In this document: positions 8,970 through 17,949 of the stretch, one piece after another
Position numbering within the stretch: the first letter of the stretch is position 1
How the letters are laid out: the number at the start of each line of letters is the position of its first letter
Source of the DNA: Candidatus Velthaea sp.
Lineage (GTDB): Bacteria; Vulcanimicrobiota; Vulcanimicrobiia; Vulcanimicrobiales; Vulcanimicrobiaceae
Length of the DNA: 46,578 bases
Assembly: GCA_050012475.1 (NCBI GenBank)
Contig: JBEKHC010000034.1
Span: 1 to 46,578 of the forward strand
Direction of reading: 5' to 3'
Translations under genes and position numbers: made by a program
Notes under the pieces: model-generated
The model's input: only the letters and a program-made list of their open reading frames with translations
What the model was told of the DNA's origin: nothing
The model's database searches: none

Positions 8970-9541
8970 GAACGCTCTACTCGGATCGCCTGGTTATCGA
9001 GCCGGTCGACGGGGGCAACGCCCGGGAGCTGTGGCGGATCCTCGGCGCGCCGGATTTACGCCGTTACCAAGACATCCCGCGCTTGCGCGCGGAGGAGTTC
9101 GAGCGCCAAGTCCGGGCTCGCCCGCGGGTCTTGGAAGCCCGCTCCACGGGGCGTTTCGAGTGGCTTTTGCAGGTTGGCGAAGCGCGCGAACCGATCGGCT
9201 GGGTCTCGCTGCGCGTCAACGAACGCGCACCCGACGTCGGCGAAATCGGTTACAGTCTGATCGAGGCGGCGCGCGGCGCCGGGTATGCGACCGAAGCCCT
9301 CGCGACGATCGTTGACGAAGCCTTTACGGTAAGCGAACTGGGCGAACTGCAAGCCTGCTGCGTCCCCGAAAACGTTTCGTCGCGGGCGGTTCTGGAGCGG
9401 GCCGGGTTTCGCGAGGTCCGGCTGTTGCGGGGCGGCGCGATGATTCGCGGCCGGCACGTCGACGTGCTGCTGTACTCGGTGGCGCGCGGGCAATGGCACC
9501 GCGCCCGGCGCTCGCAAACGGCGCGCAGCGAAAGCGGCTAA
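8966..9541 (+). CDS. GNAT acetyltransferase, RimJ/RimL type
   Basis: GEIGYSL...RGAGYATEA, ENVSSRAVLERAGF; ATGA overlap with upstream gene. Confidence 0.9.
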   Translation: MRTLYSDRLVIEPVDGGNARELWRILGAPDLRRYQDIPRLRAEEFERQVRARPRVLEARSTGRFEWLLQVGEAREPIGWVSLRVNERAPDVGEIGYSLIEAARGAGYATEALATIVDEAFTVSELGELQACCVPENVSSRAVLERAGFREVRLLRGGAMIRGRHVDVLLYSVARGQWHRARRSQTARSESG

Positions 9542-9606
9542 CCGGCTCTTTACGCGCCGCTCCCGCAAAAGAACGATCGCACCGCGATCCGGCCGATAAT
9601 CGAAAG

Positions 9607-11163
9607 GTGGAGTTTCGCGGTCGCCGCCGAGCAGGATCGCGCGTTCACCTCGCGTCCGCGCCGGGGGGCGAATTTCGCGCGCGCGTGTGGCTGGCCGGCT
9701 TTGCACTGGTCATCTGCGGGCTGATGATCGGCCTGTTCACAATCGACGGCCTGCATGCACGCAACGGCGCGCTGGCCGTCGCGCGCAGCGGCGCGCAGAA
9801 TCTGTCCGAATCGCTCGCCCAGCAGGCCGGGGACACGTTCGAGGCAATCGACGGCGTGCTGCTCGCGATCGCCGGGCGGGTCGAAAGCTCGACCATGACA
9901 CCGTTGGAGCGCGACCGGCTGCGTGCGGTCATGACGGCGCTGGCGGGGACGATGCCGCACCTGCACGACCTGCTCGTCATCGATGGCCAAGGGCGGCTCA
10001 TCGCGAGCAATACGGCCGCCGCCGCGCGGCCCGGGCTGCGGTTGCGCGATCAGCCGTTTTTCGCGTATCACCGCACCCATCCGGACTTGACCTTGCATAT
10101 CACCGGCCCGGTTCGCAGCGAAATCGAACAGCGTTGGGTGCTGGATCTGACGCGCCGGTTGAATCGCAAAGACGGCAGCTTCGCCGGCGTCGTCCTAGCG
10201 CACGTCGCGCTGGACTATTTCGAGCAGCGTTACGCCGCCGTCGATGTCGGCCGGTTTGGCGCGGTCTCGCTGCTCGCCGATGACGGCACGCTCATCGTCC
10301 GGCGACCGCGGGTGCGCTACGTTCACAAGCTGTCCACGGCGCCCTTCACTGCGCCGTTCAAATACCGCGCTTCCGGTTGGTACCTCCAAACCTCGCCCTT
10401 CGACGGAAAGCGCAAGCTGCACGCGTTTCGCCGCCTCGACCGCTTTGCGCTGCTCGTCAACGTCGCCGTTGCCGAGGACGAATATCTCGCTGAATGGCGA
10501 TCGACCGCTTGGCTCAACGGTGCCGCGTTGCTGTTGGTCACGGCGCTCATCGTCGCGCTGGCCGTGCTGCTGGGCGCGCAGATCGATCGGCGCCGGCTGG
10601 CCGAACAAAATCTCGCGCTCGTCGATGCCCTGACGGGGTTAGCGAATCGGCGTCAGTTCGACACCGTTCTGCAACGGGAATGGCGGCGCGCGATCCGCGA
10701 ACGGGCGCCGCTGGCACTCTTGATGATCGACGTCGACCACTTCAAAGCGTTCAACGATCGCTACGGTCATCGGCACGGGGACGTCGTGTTGACAGTCATC
10801 GCGCAGGCGATCGACGCGACCGTCGTTCGGCCCGGCGACCTCGTCGCGCGTTACGGCGGCGAAGAATTCGCTGTCGTGCTTCCGGCCACGAACACGTCCA
10901 GCGCGCTGATCGTCGCCGAACGCATTCGGCATGCGATCGTCGCGCTCGACATCCCGCACGCCAACGCTGCCGGAGCCATCGCCAGCGTGAGCATCGGTGC
11001 GGCCAGCATCGCGCCCGCGCAAAGCGACGAGCAGACGGCCCTCATCGACGCCGCCGACGCCGCGCTCTACGCCGCCAAGCGAAGCGGGCGCAACCGCAGC
11101 GCCGCCGCGCCCGGCAGCGCCGCGCCGAGCTCAGACCCCGGCTCCCAGATCGGGCGGCCCTGA
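9607..11163 (+). CDS. Cache-sensor diguanylate cyclase (start uncertain)
   Basis: Two TMs flanking a Cache-like domain; DALTGLANRR, DVDHFKAFND, RPGD I-site, GGEEF. Confidence 0.92.
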   Translation: MEFRGRRRAGSRVHLASAPGGEFRARVWLAGFALVICGLMIGLFTIDGLHARNGALAVARSGAQNLSESLAQQAGDTFEAIDGVLLAIAGRVESSTMTPLERDRLRAVMTALAGTMPHLHDLLVIDGQGRLIASNTAAAARPGLRLRDQPFFAYHRTHPDLTLHITGPVRSEIEQRWVLDLTRRLNRKDGSFAGVVLAHVALDYFEQRYAAVDVGRFGAVSLLADDGTLIVRRPRVRYVHKLSTAPFTAPFKYRASGWYLQTSPFDGKRKLHAFRRLDRFALLVNVAVAEDEYLAEWRSTAWLNGAALLLVTALIVALAVLLGAQIDRRRLAEQNLALVDALTGLANRRQFDTVLQREWRRAIRERAPLALLMIDVDHFKAFNDRYGHRHGDVVLTVIAQAIDATVVRPGDLVARYGGEEFAVVLPATNTSSALIVAERIRHAIVALDIPHANAAGAIASVSIGAASIAPAQSDEQTALIDAADAALYAAKRSGRNRSAAAPGSAAPSSDPGSQIGRP

Positions 11164-11649
11164 GGGCCACGCCCCCGCGCCGTCGCGGTCGGCAAATTCA
11201 ATGCTGATGCCGGCATCTTCGTAGCCGAAATACTGCCGGCTGGGGTCGGCGAGATACATCAGCAACGGTTCGCGCACGACCGCGACGGTCAGACGTTGCG
11301 CCAACCGGGCCCGTTCCAGCCATTCGCAGGCGACGACATGGTCGTCGGCGGCCGGCGCGACCGGCTCGCCCGCGCCGGCGACGTGAAAGGCGAAATTCGT
11401 AAACTGCGTTGCGGTCGCGTGATCGAACGATTCGGCGACGTATGCGAGGCCCGTGACGCGCACGACGAGCCCGGTTTCTTCGCGGAACTCGCGCATCACG
11501 GCCGCTTCGACCGTTTCAGGCGATTCTTGGCGCCCGCCGGGCAGATTCCACAGCTCGCGAACGTGGTTGGGATAACGGTTGGCGACGAGCAGTATCCGCT
11601 CGTCGCGTTCGAGGATACCGGTGCACAGATGGATGCGGCGCCAGCTCAT
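11131..11649 (-). CDS. NUDIX hydrolase
   Basis: LPGGRQESPETVEAAVMREFREETG Nudix box. Confidence 0.9.
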   Translation of the reverse strand: MSWRRIHLCTGILERDERILLVANRYPNHVRELWNLPGGRQESPETVEAAVMREFREETGLVVRVTGLAYVAESFDHATATQFTNFAFHVAGAGEPVAPAADDHVVACEWLERARLAQRLTVAVVREPLLMYLADPSRQYFGYEDAGISIEFADRDGAGAWPSGPPDLGAGV

Positions 11650-11672
11650 GGCGCCTGTTTCGACGCGCATCA

Positions 11673-11701
11673 CGCCGTCGCTGCGCAGCGCAGCGACGGC
11701 G
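11673..11701. repeat. Perfect 29-bp intergenic palindrome
   Basis: CGCCGTCGCTGCGC-A-GCGCAGCGACGGCG. Confidence 0.85.
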
Positions 11702-11710
11702 CGGCGGGCC

Positions 11711-12475
11711 TTATGAAGCGACGGCTTTGACTACTTCGATGTAGTCATCGGGCGGCAGCCCGAGCAGATCGACGATGACCTCGATCAGACCTGCCAATTT
11801 CGCAGGGACGAACGCCTTCTCGACGGCGCATTCGCGCACGATCGCCGTGCACAGCGCCACGAGCGCGTAGGCGTTGAAGGCTGGGCTTTTGACGTTCGTG
11901 AGTCCGGCGTGGTTGAGCTTTTCGATGTATTGCTCGAACGATTGCACCGAAGCGTCGAAGCGCGCTTGACGCTCCGCGACCAGCGCGGAATCCTGATTGG
12001 AGGCGACGTGCCAGGCGCGGATAAGCCCTGGATGGGCCTGCGCTTCGGCGATGAGCGAACCAACCCAATTCGCGACCTTGTTGCGCTCGATGAGCGCGGT
12101 CGAAACATCGGTAAAGAGTTCGCCCAGACGGCGGTCGGTCGTTTCGCTGTGACGCAGCATCGCCTCGCGAACGATGTGATCGACGTCTTTGTAGTAGCGG
12201 TAAAAGGTTCCGTAGGCCAGCCCGGCGCGGTTGGCGATGATGCCGGTCGTCAACGCCGACAGATCGCGAGATTCCAAGAGTTCCTCGAGCGCGTTGAGCA
12301 GGCGCGTCCGCGAGCTGGGCCGAGCTTGGCGCTCGGGCGACAGTGTTCCCTCGCCCTCAACGCGGCCCAAATACGTCCATTTTCCGCGCACGCGGCGCGT
12401 TTCGGGGTCGCGATAGCTTTCGACCCGGTACCGGTACGCGCGTCCGCCGACGCGCTTGATCACTTCATACGCCAC
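11711..12475 (-). CDS. TetR-family regulator with extra N-terminal beta-rich domain
   Basis: IIANRAGLAYGTFYRYYKD HTH; GTG start after GGAGGGG. Confidence 0.85.
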   Translation of the reverse strand: MAYEVIKRVGGRAYRYRVESYRDPETRRVRGKWTYLGRVEGEGTLSPERQARPSSRTRLLNALEELLESRDLSALTTGIIANRAGLAYGTFYRYYKDVDHIVREAMLRHSETTDRRLGELFTDVSTALIERNKVANWVGSLIAEAQAHPGLIRAWHVASNQDSALVAERQARFDASVQSFEQYIEKLNHAGLTNVKSPAFNAYALVALCTAIVRECAVEKAFVPAKLAGLIEVIVDLLGLPPDDYIEVVKAVAS

Positions 12476-12622
12476 GATTATCCCCTCCATGGGACAACAT
12501 CAACTTCATGAGTAGCTGGGTTCGCTCGAGAGCTTGCCTCCTATCTTCATCGTCAGTTCAGTGTCACGACTTAAGCCAACGTGCAATGCAAGCGTCGCGC
12601 CGGGTGACGGCGGACCTGCCGC

Positions 12623-13276
12623 TTACAAAAGTCCGCGGCGCAAGGCGTTGACGGCGGCTTGGGTGCGATCCGTTGCCGACAGTTTCTCGAGAATATCGCG
12701 AATGTGGCCCTTCACCGTGCCCAAGCCGAGGTGCAAACGGCCAGCGATCTCGGTGTTGCCGACGCCGTCGGCGATCAATCGCAGGACGTCGAGTTCGCGG
12801 GGCGTGAGCGGCGAACGCCCCGCGGGCATTGAGGCCGGGCCGCCCAACCGCCGCAGCACGACGTGCGCGATGCGCGGATCGAAATACGCCCCGCCGCCGG
12901 CGACGATGCGCACCGCATCGATCACGGTCGCGGGGTCCGACGATTTCACGCAGTACGCGTCGGCGCCCGCGGCGAGCGCGGCCACGACTTCTTCGTCGAG
13001 ATCGTGCATGGTCAGGATCACGACGTGCGTCCCCGGCGCCGACGCTTTGATGCTCCCGGTGAGCGCGATGCCGTCCTTCCCCGGCAGTCCGATGTCGATC
13101 ACCGCAACCGTTGGATGCAGTTCGAGAATCGCCGTTTCCCCCGCCACGCCGTCCGCCGCTTCGCCGACGACGTGAACCTCGCCGCTGGCTTCGAGTGCGG
13201 TCCGCAATCCGGCGCGGGTGAGGGCGTGATCTTCGACGAGGACGACGGTCGTCGGGCCGGGCCGTGGTTCACTCAT
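12623..13276 (-). CDS. NarL/LuxR-family response regulator
   Basis: VEDH...IDIGLP receiver; LTPRELDVL...TVKGH LuxR HTH. Confidence 0.95.
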   Translation of the reverse strand: MSEPRPGPTTVVLVEDHALTRAGLRTALEASGEVHVVGEAADGVAGETAILELHPTVAVIDIGLPGKDGIALTGSIKASAPGTHVVILTMHDLDEEVVAALAAGADAYCVKSSDPATVIDAVRIVAGGGAYFDPRIAHVVLRRLGGPASMPAGRSPLTPRELDVLRLIADGVGNTEIAGRLHLGLGTVKGHIRDILEKLSATDRTQAAVNALRRGLL

Positions 13277-14835
13277 AGTTGCTCCACCGCCGGAAGGGTC
13301 AACGTGAAGACGCTTCCCTGCGGCGAACGCGGCGCGTAGTCGATGCGTCCGCCTGATTCTTGCGCGACGCGGCGCGCGATGTACAGGCCGAGCCCCGAAC
13401 CCGCCCCGCGCCGGTCGCTGCCGCGCACGAAGCGCATGAAGAGATACGGACGCGCGGCATCGGGAACGCCGTAGCCGTCATCGGTCACGCTGAGCCGGAC
13501 GCCTGCGGCATGGCTTGCCAACGCGATCGCGACTTCACCGCCGGCCGGACTGTGCTGCACGGCATTGGCCACGAGGTTCGTGACGGCGCGCCGCAGGTCG
13601 TCACGGTCGCCCATCACCGGAACGGACGGTGGGCCCTCAACGCGCAGCGTCACGTCGTGCGCGCCGGCGAGCGCGGCGAGTTCGCCGGCGATCTGACGCG
13701 CGATCGCGGCGAGGTCGACGCGTTCACGCCGCGGCAGCCGGTCGCCGCTCTCAAAACGCGCGACCAGCAGCAGCGTCTCCGCCAGGCGCGTGACGTCGTC
13801 GGTTGCGGTAATGCTGCGCGCGAGAATCTCGTCGTACGCCGGCGGAAGCGCACCATAGGCGCCGGCGCGGGCTTGGCGCATCGTCATCCCCAGCGCGGCC
13901 AGCGGCGTGCGCAGATCGTGCGACAGCGCGTAGACGAGATCGCGGATGATCGCGCTGCGCTCTTCGAGCGCCGCGTTACGCTCGTCCAACTGCGCGAAGA
14001 GCCGGGCCTGCGCGAGCGCATTCGCGGCCTGCTGCGCGAAGGCGTGAGCAAAACCTGCCGCATCGGTAAAACTTCCTTCGCTGCGCCCCAGCGCAATCAC
14101 CACGCCGAAGCGGTGGTCGCGATCGGCGATGGGCAAGGCGAGTGCCGACGGGGCGCCGAGATGATCGAGCACGAGCCGTCCAAATGCGTCCGAGCGAACG
14201 ATCGGCAAAATCGTGCTGCTGTCGAGCGCGTGTTGGACGAGCGAAGCGGTTTCCGGAGCCGGCCGGCCTGCCTCGTCGTCAACGTCGGCGACGTCACGCC
14301 GGGCAACGAGGGTTACGGCATTGGAACCGTCCGTGAGGACGAAGCGCGCGCGGTCGCAGTCGAAGAGCGTGGTCGTTTCCCGCGCGACGGCGCGCTGCAC
14401 GAGGTCGAGCGACAAGGACGTGCGGACCCGCTCGATCGCGGCCGCAAGCTGCGCTTCGCGCTGCGCGCGTGCTTGCTGCGCTTCGAGTTTTCCGGCTCGC
14501 TGCGCGGTTTGCTGCACGGCGGTGCTGAGATAGCCGACGAACACGATCGATAAACCGGCCAGGATACGGTCGCCGATGCCCAGCGGATCCCAGTGATGGT
14601 GCTCGGTCACGCCGTTGGCATAACCGGCGACGATGTTCGCCGCAAGCGCCGCAACGACGAGCAGCGCGGTGAAACGGCTGCTGCGCGTCAGTGAGCTGAG
14701 CACGATTGGTGCGTCGAGCAAAATCGCCGTGACAAAAAGTTGCGGCGTTAGGAGATCGATGACGAACGCGGCGACCATGGCGATGATGCACACCGCCCGA
14801 ACCAACGCTGGCCTCACGAATCGGCCTTCACGCAA
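13273..14835 (-). CDS. Membrane histidine kinase (TM bundle-GAF-HisKA-HATPase; KdpD C-half architecture)
   Basis: About 4 TMs, GAF (ALPIA...FGV), LSHDLRTPL, NLVANA, DDGYG, GSGLGL; stop overlaps response regulator start. Confidence 0.9.
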   Translation of the reverse strand: MREGRFVRPALVRAVCIIAMVAAFVIDLLTPQLFVTAILLDAPIVLSSLTRSSRFTALLVVAALAANIVAGYANGVTEHHHWDPLGIGDRILAGLSIVFVGYLSTAVQQTAQRAGKLEAQQARAQREAQLAAAIERVRTSLSLDLVQRAVARETTTLFDCDRARFVLTDGSNAVTLVARRDVADVDDEAGRPAPETASLVQHALDSSTILPIVRSDAFGRLVLDHLGAPSALALPIADRDHRFGVVIALGRSEGSFTDAAGFAHAFAQQAANALAQARLFAQLDERNAALEERSAIIRDLVYALSHDLRTPLAALGMTMRQARAGAYGALPPAYDEILARSITATDDVTRLAETLLLVARFESGDRLPRRERVDLAAIARQIAGELAALAGAHDVTLRVEGPPSVPVMGDRDDLRRAVTNLVANAVQHSPAGGEVAIALASHAAGVRLSVTDDGYGVPDAARPYLFMRFVRGSDRRGAGSGLGLYIARRVAQESGGRIDYAPRSPQGSVFTLTLPAVEQL

Positions 14836-14871
14836 TGCTCGCAGCCGCCCTCCGGCGAAGCATGGGGCAGT

Positions 14872-16956
14872 ATGGATCGTGTCGACCGGCCGAGCGCTCA
14901 GGCCTTACTGGCCGAGTTGGGCTATGAGCCGCGACTTACCATTTACTTGGCAAGCGCGCCCGGAGCCGGCAAGACGTATCGCATTTTGAGCGACGCGGGC
15001 TTTCAGATGCAGGCCGGACGCCGGGTGGCGATCGGCTGGGTCGACACCAAGGGGCGCCCCGATCTCGAAGAGCTTGCGGCCGGGATTCCCCGCATTGCGC
15101 CGCGCCTGTTCTCAGCTGGCCGCGGTGATTTTGAGGATTTCGACCTCGCGGCGGCGCTGGCCAGCGACGCGGAAACGATCGTGCTCGACGAACTCGCTCA
15201 TGCCAATCCCGAAGGGGCTCCGAATGCGAAGCGCTGGCAAGATGCGCTTGCTTTGCGTGCCGCCGGCAAATCCGTGCTCGGTGCGTTCAACATCCAACAT
15301 TTGGAAACGGTCGCCCCGGTTGCCGAGCGCATCATCGGCCATCCGATTCGTGAGATCGTGCCGCTCTCGTTTTTGCGCGACGCCGACGGCGTGATCGCGC
15401 TCGATGTCTCGGTGTCGGTGCTCGAATCGCGGCTGCGCAGCGGCCGTATCGTCCGCATCGACGACGTCGACCGAGCTGCGATGGGGTTGTTCAAGCCGCA
15501 AAACCTGCAATTGCTGCGCGAGTTGTTGCTGCGCACCGTCGACGCCCTCACCGTTCCGGTCGTCAGTCCCGCGAAGACGTCGACGGCGCTGGTGATCGTT
15601 GCGGGCAATGAGGATCCCAAGCCCTATCTGCGCCGGATCGGTGCGCTGGCCGAAGCCTTCGATCTCGCGCTGGAGGCCACGTTCGTCGACGGCGAGCCGG
15701 CCGCCGACGTCGCCGACGCCGTGCGTGCTGCGGCCGGTACCATCATCGAGGTCCCGCCGCACCTGGTCAAAGGCGATCTGAGCGACGTGCGGGCGGCCTT
15801 CGTGAGTGTCCCGATCGGCGAGTTGGCGGCAAAAATTTTGAGCCGTCCGCTGGATCGCGATCTTTTCGTCGTCGATCCGCTGCGTCTGCCCGTCAGCCGC
15901 AGCGCCGGCGGCGCGCGGCATCCGTACGGGCAAACCGCCGGCGACCTGCTGCGCATCGGCTACGGCCGGCTCACGATCTATCTGGGTTCGGTCGCGGGCA
16001 GCGGAAAAACGTACGCGATGCTCGATCGGGCACACGCCCTGATCGAAGAAGGCGTCGACGTCGTCGCCGCGCTCATCGAAACGCACGGCCGCGCCGATAC
16101 CGCCGCCAAGGCCGCCGGCATCGACACCGTGCCGCGGCTGCCCAACGGCGAACTCGATCGCGACGCGGTGGTGCGGCGCCGTCCGGACGTCGTGCTGATC
16201 GATGAACTCGCCCACACCAACGAGCCGGGCAGCGCCTGTCCCAAGCGCTACGACGACGTGATTCGAATCCTGCGTGAGGGCATCTCGGTCATGACGACGC
16301 TCAACGTGCAACACCTCGAAGGTCTGGGCGACGCGGTCGAACGGCTCACCGGGATGCACGTGCGCGAAACGCTGCCCGATACGATTCTCGAAGTCGCGGA
16401 CGACGTTATTTTCATCGACGTTACGCCCGAAGTGCTGCGCGAACGGCTGCGCCAGGGAAAGATCTATCCGGAGGAGCGGATCGAGCGGGCGCTCAGTCAT
16501 TTCTTTCGCGCCGAAAATCTGGCCGCGCTGCGCGAACTGACGGTGCGCGAACTGATGCGCGCGCACAGCGAGCGGCGAGCGGCTCCGCCGTTCTCGCGCG
16601 TCGTCCTCGGCGTGGCGGCGCGCGAGCGCGATACGTTGCTGATCGAACGCGGAGCCCGCTTGGCCGCGCGGCTCGACATCGATCTTTTGGTCATGCATGT
16701 TGCCGCGCCAGGCAAGGAAACGCCGCCGGCGCTCATCGAGAGGTTGGCCAGCGCGACCCGCGTCGGCAAGGGCAAGTGGCGGCTCGAAGTCAACCCCGAA
16801 CCGGCCGCCGCCCTAGCGGCGGCCGCCGGAGAACGCGACGTCATCGTGATCGAGTCGCTGCGCGGGAAACAGCGGATGTTCGGACCGCCGCCGTTCGCCG
16901 TCAAGCTCATCCGCGCCGGCGCGCGCGAGCTGCTCGTCCTCGCCCCGCGTTCATAA
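14872..16956 (+). CDS. kdpD: Soluble KdpD-like protein with two tandem KdpD-N/Usp modules, no TM or kinase domain
   Basis: Two Walker A segments (SAPGAGKT, SVAGSGKT), two DELAH, KRWQD/KRYDD, NIQHLE/NVQHLE. Confidence 0.88.
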   Translation: MDRVDRPSAQALLAELGYEPRLTIYLASAPGAGKTYRILSDAGFQMQAGRRVAIGWVDTKGRPDLEELAAGIPRIAPRLFSAGRGDFEDFDLAAALASDAETIVLDELAHANPEGAPNAKRWQDALALRAAGKSVLGAFNIQHLETVAPVAERIIGHPIREIVPLSFLRDADGVIALDVSVSVLESRLRSGRIVRIDDVDRAAMGLFKPQNLQLLRELLLRTVDALTVPVVSPAKTSTALVIVAGNEDPKPYLRRIGALAEAFDLALEATFVDGEPAADVADAVRAAAGTIIEVPPHLVKGDLSDVRAAFVSVPIGELAAKILSRPLDRDLFVVDPLRLPVSRSAGGARHPYGQTAGDLLRIGYGRLTIYLGSVAGSGKTYAMLDRAHALIEEGVDVVAALIETHGRADTAAKAAGIDTVPRLPNGELDRDAVVRRRPDVVLIDELAHTNEPGSACPKRYDDVIRILREGISVMTTLNVQHLEGLGDAVERLTGMHVRETLPDTILEVADDVIFIDVTPEVLRERLRQGKIYPEERIERALSHFFRAENLAALRELTVRELMRAHSERRAAPPFSRVVLGVAARERDTLLIERGARLAARLDIDLLVMHVAAPGKETPPALIERLASATRVGKGKWRLEVNPEPAAALAAAAGERDVIVIESLRGKQRMFGPPPFAVKLIRAGARELLVLAPRS

Positions 16957-16966
16957 GCTCCGCTTC

Positions 16967-17010
16967 GCCGCAAACGCCACGGGTTCGGCGCGACGCACCG
17001 AATCCGTTTA
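16967..17010. repeat. REP-like element copy 2 / terminator
   Basis: GCCGCAAACGCCA at 16967-16979, then CGGGTTCGG...CCGAATCCG hairpin and TTT. Confidence 0.65.
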
Positions 17011-17016
17011 TGCCTT

Positions 17017-17205
17017 TTACCAGAGGACGCCATCGCCGACGAGGACGTAGAGAATTGGGCCGATGCCCCAGACGAGTCCCAAAATCGCCCACAAGATCTT
17101 CTTTGTCCGGTCGAGGTCGGTGCGGCCGGCGAGATTGATCCACATGAGGATCACGGCGACCGGGTGCAGGATCGCCGAAAGCACGAGTTCGAGAAAAAGC
17201 TTCAT
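17017..17205 (-). CDS. Small membrane protein (PLDc N-terminal-like), 62 aa
   Basis: Two hydrophobic helices, KKILW...GPILYVL motif. Confidence 0.7.
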   Translation of the reverse strand: MKLFLELVLSAILHPVAVILMWINLAGRTDLDRTKKILWAILGLVWGIGPILYVLVGDGVLW

Positions 17206-17263
17206 CGCCGGCGCTTCGACCTGGCCCGTGGGGCCGACTCTCGGCGGCCCCGGCCAATTGCTG

Positions 17264-17935
17264 CTACGGTACGGATTTCGCGTCGAGCGCGCGATTGAGT
17301 TCGAGCACGTTCACGCGCGGTTCGCCGAGAATTCCCAGCGTCCGGCCCACGATATGCGCACCGATGAGCGCGCGGACGTCGGCGAGCGGCAGATGCCGCG
17401 CGCTCGCCACGCGGGGCGCCTGCCAGTACGCGCCTTCGGGCGAGACGTCGGGGTCGATGCCGCTGCCGCTCGAGGTTATCAAATCCATCGGCGGCTCGCC
17501 GGGAGCACTGGGATTGGCTTTTTTGAGCGCCGCGATCGTCGCCTTGGTCGCGTCGATGAGTTTCTTGCTCGTCGGCGCGAGGTTCGTTCCACCGGTCGAG
17601 GTCGGGTCGTAGCCGTTCTTGCCGGCCGCCGACGGACGGCCTTGGAAATACTGGGGTTTGGTGAAGAGCTGCCCGATGATCTCCGAACCGATCGGCTTGC
17701 CGTTTTGGACGATCATCGATCCGCCGGCTTGATGCGGGAAGAGCACGCTGCCGATCCCGGCGATGAGCAGCGGGTAGAGGATGCCCAAGACCACGACACT
17801 GACGACCGTAAAGATGATCGACGTGACGAGGTGCGAGAAAATCGATTCGCGTTTGCTCGCCGGGGGCGCGTCGATCGGCGATATCGTGACGTTGCCCGAC
17901 GGGCCATTGCTTTGGGAGGTGACGATCGTGCTCAT
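17264..17935 (-). CDS. kdpC: K+-transporting ATPase subunit C
   Basis: LFPHQAGGS, GSEIIGQ, YFQGRPSA, TSSGSGIDPD, EPRVNVLELN. Confidence 0.97.
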   Translation of the reverse strand: MSTIVTSQSNGPSGNVTISPIDAPPASKRESIFSHLVTSIIFTVVSVVVLGILYPLLIAGIGSVLFPHQAGGSMIVQNGKPIGSEIIGQLFTKPQYFQGRPSAAGKNGYDPTSTGGTNLAPTSKKLIDATKATIAALKKANPSAPGEPPMDLITSSGSGIDPDVSPEGAYWQAPRVASARHLPLADVRALIGAHIVGRTLGILGEPRVNVLELNRALDAKSVP

Positions 17936-17949
17936 GGTGCTCCTGCGCC

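Noticed and set aside
11711..12490. IS1634 insertion sequence
   Set aside because: Only a short N-terminal resemblance; no DDE domain or terminal repeats
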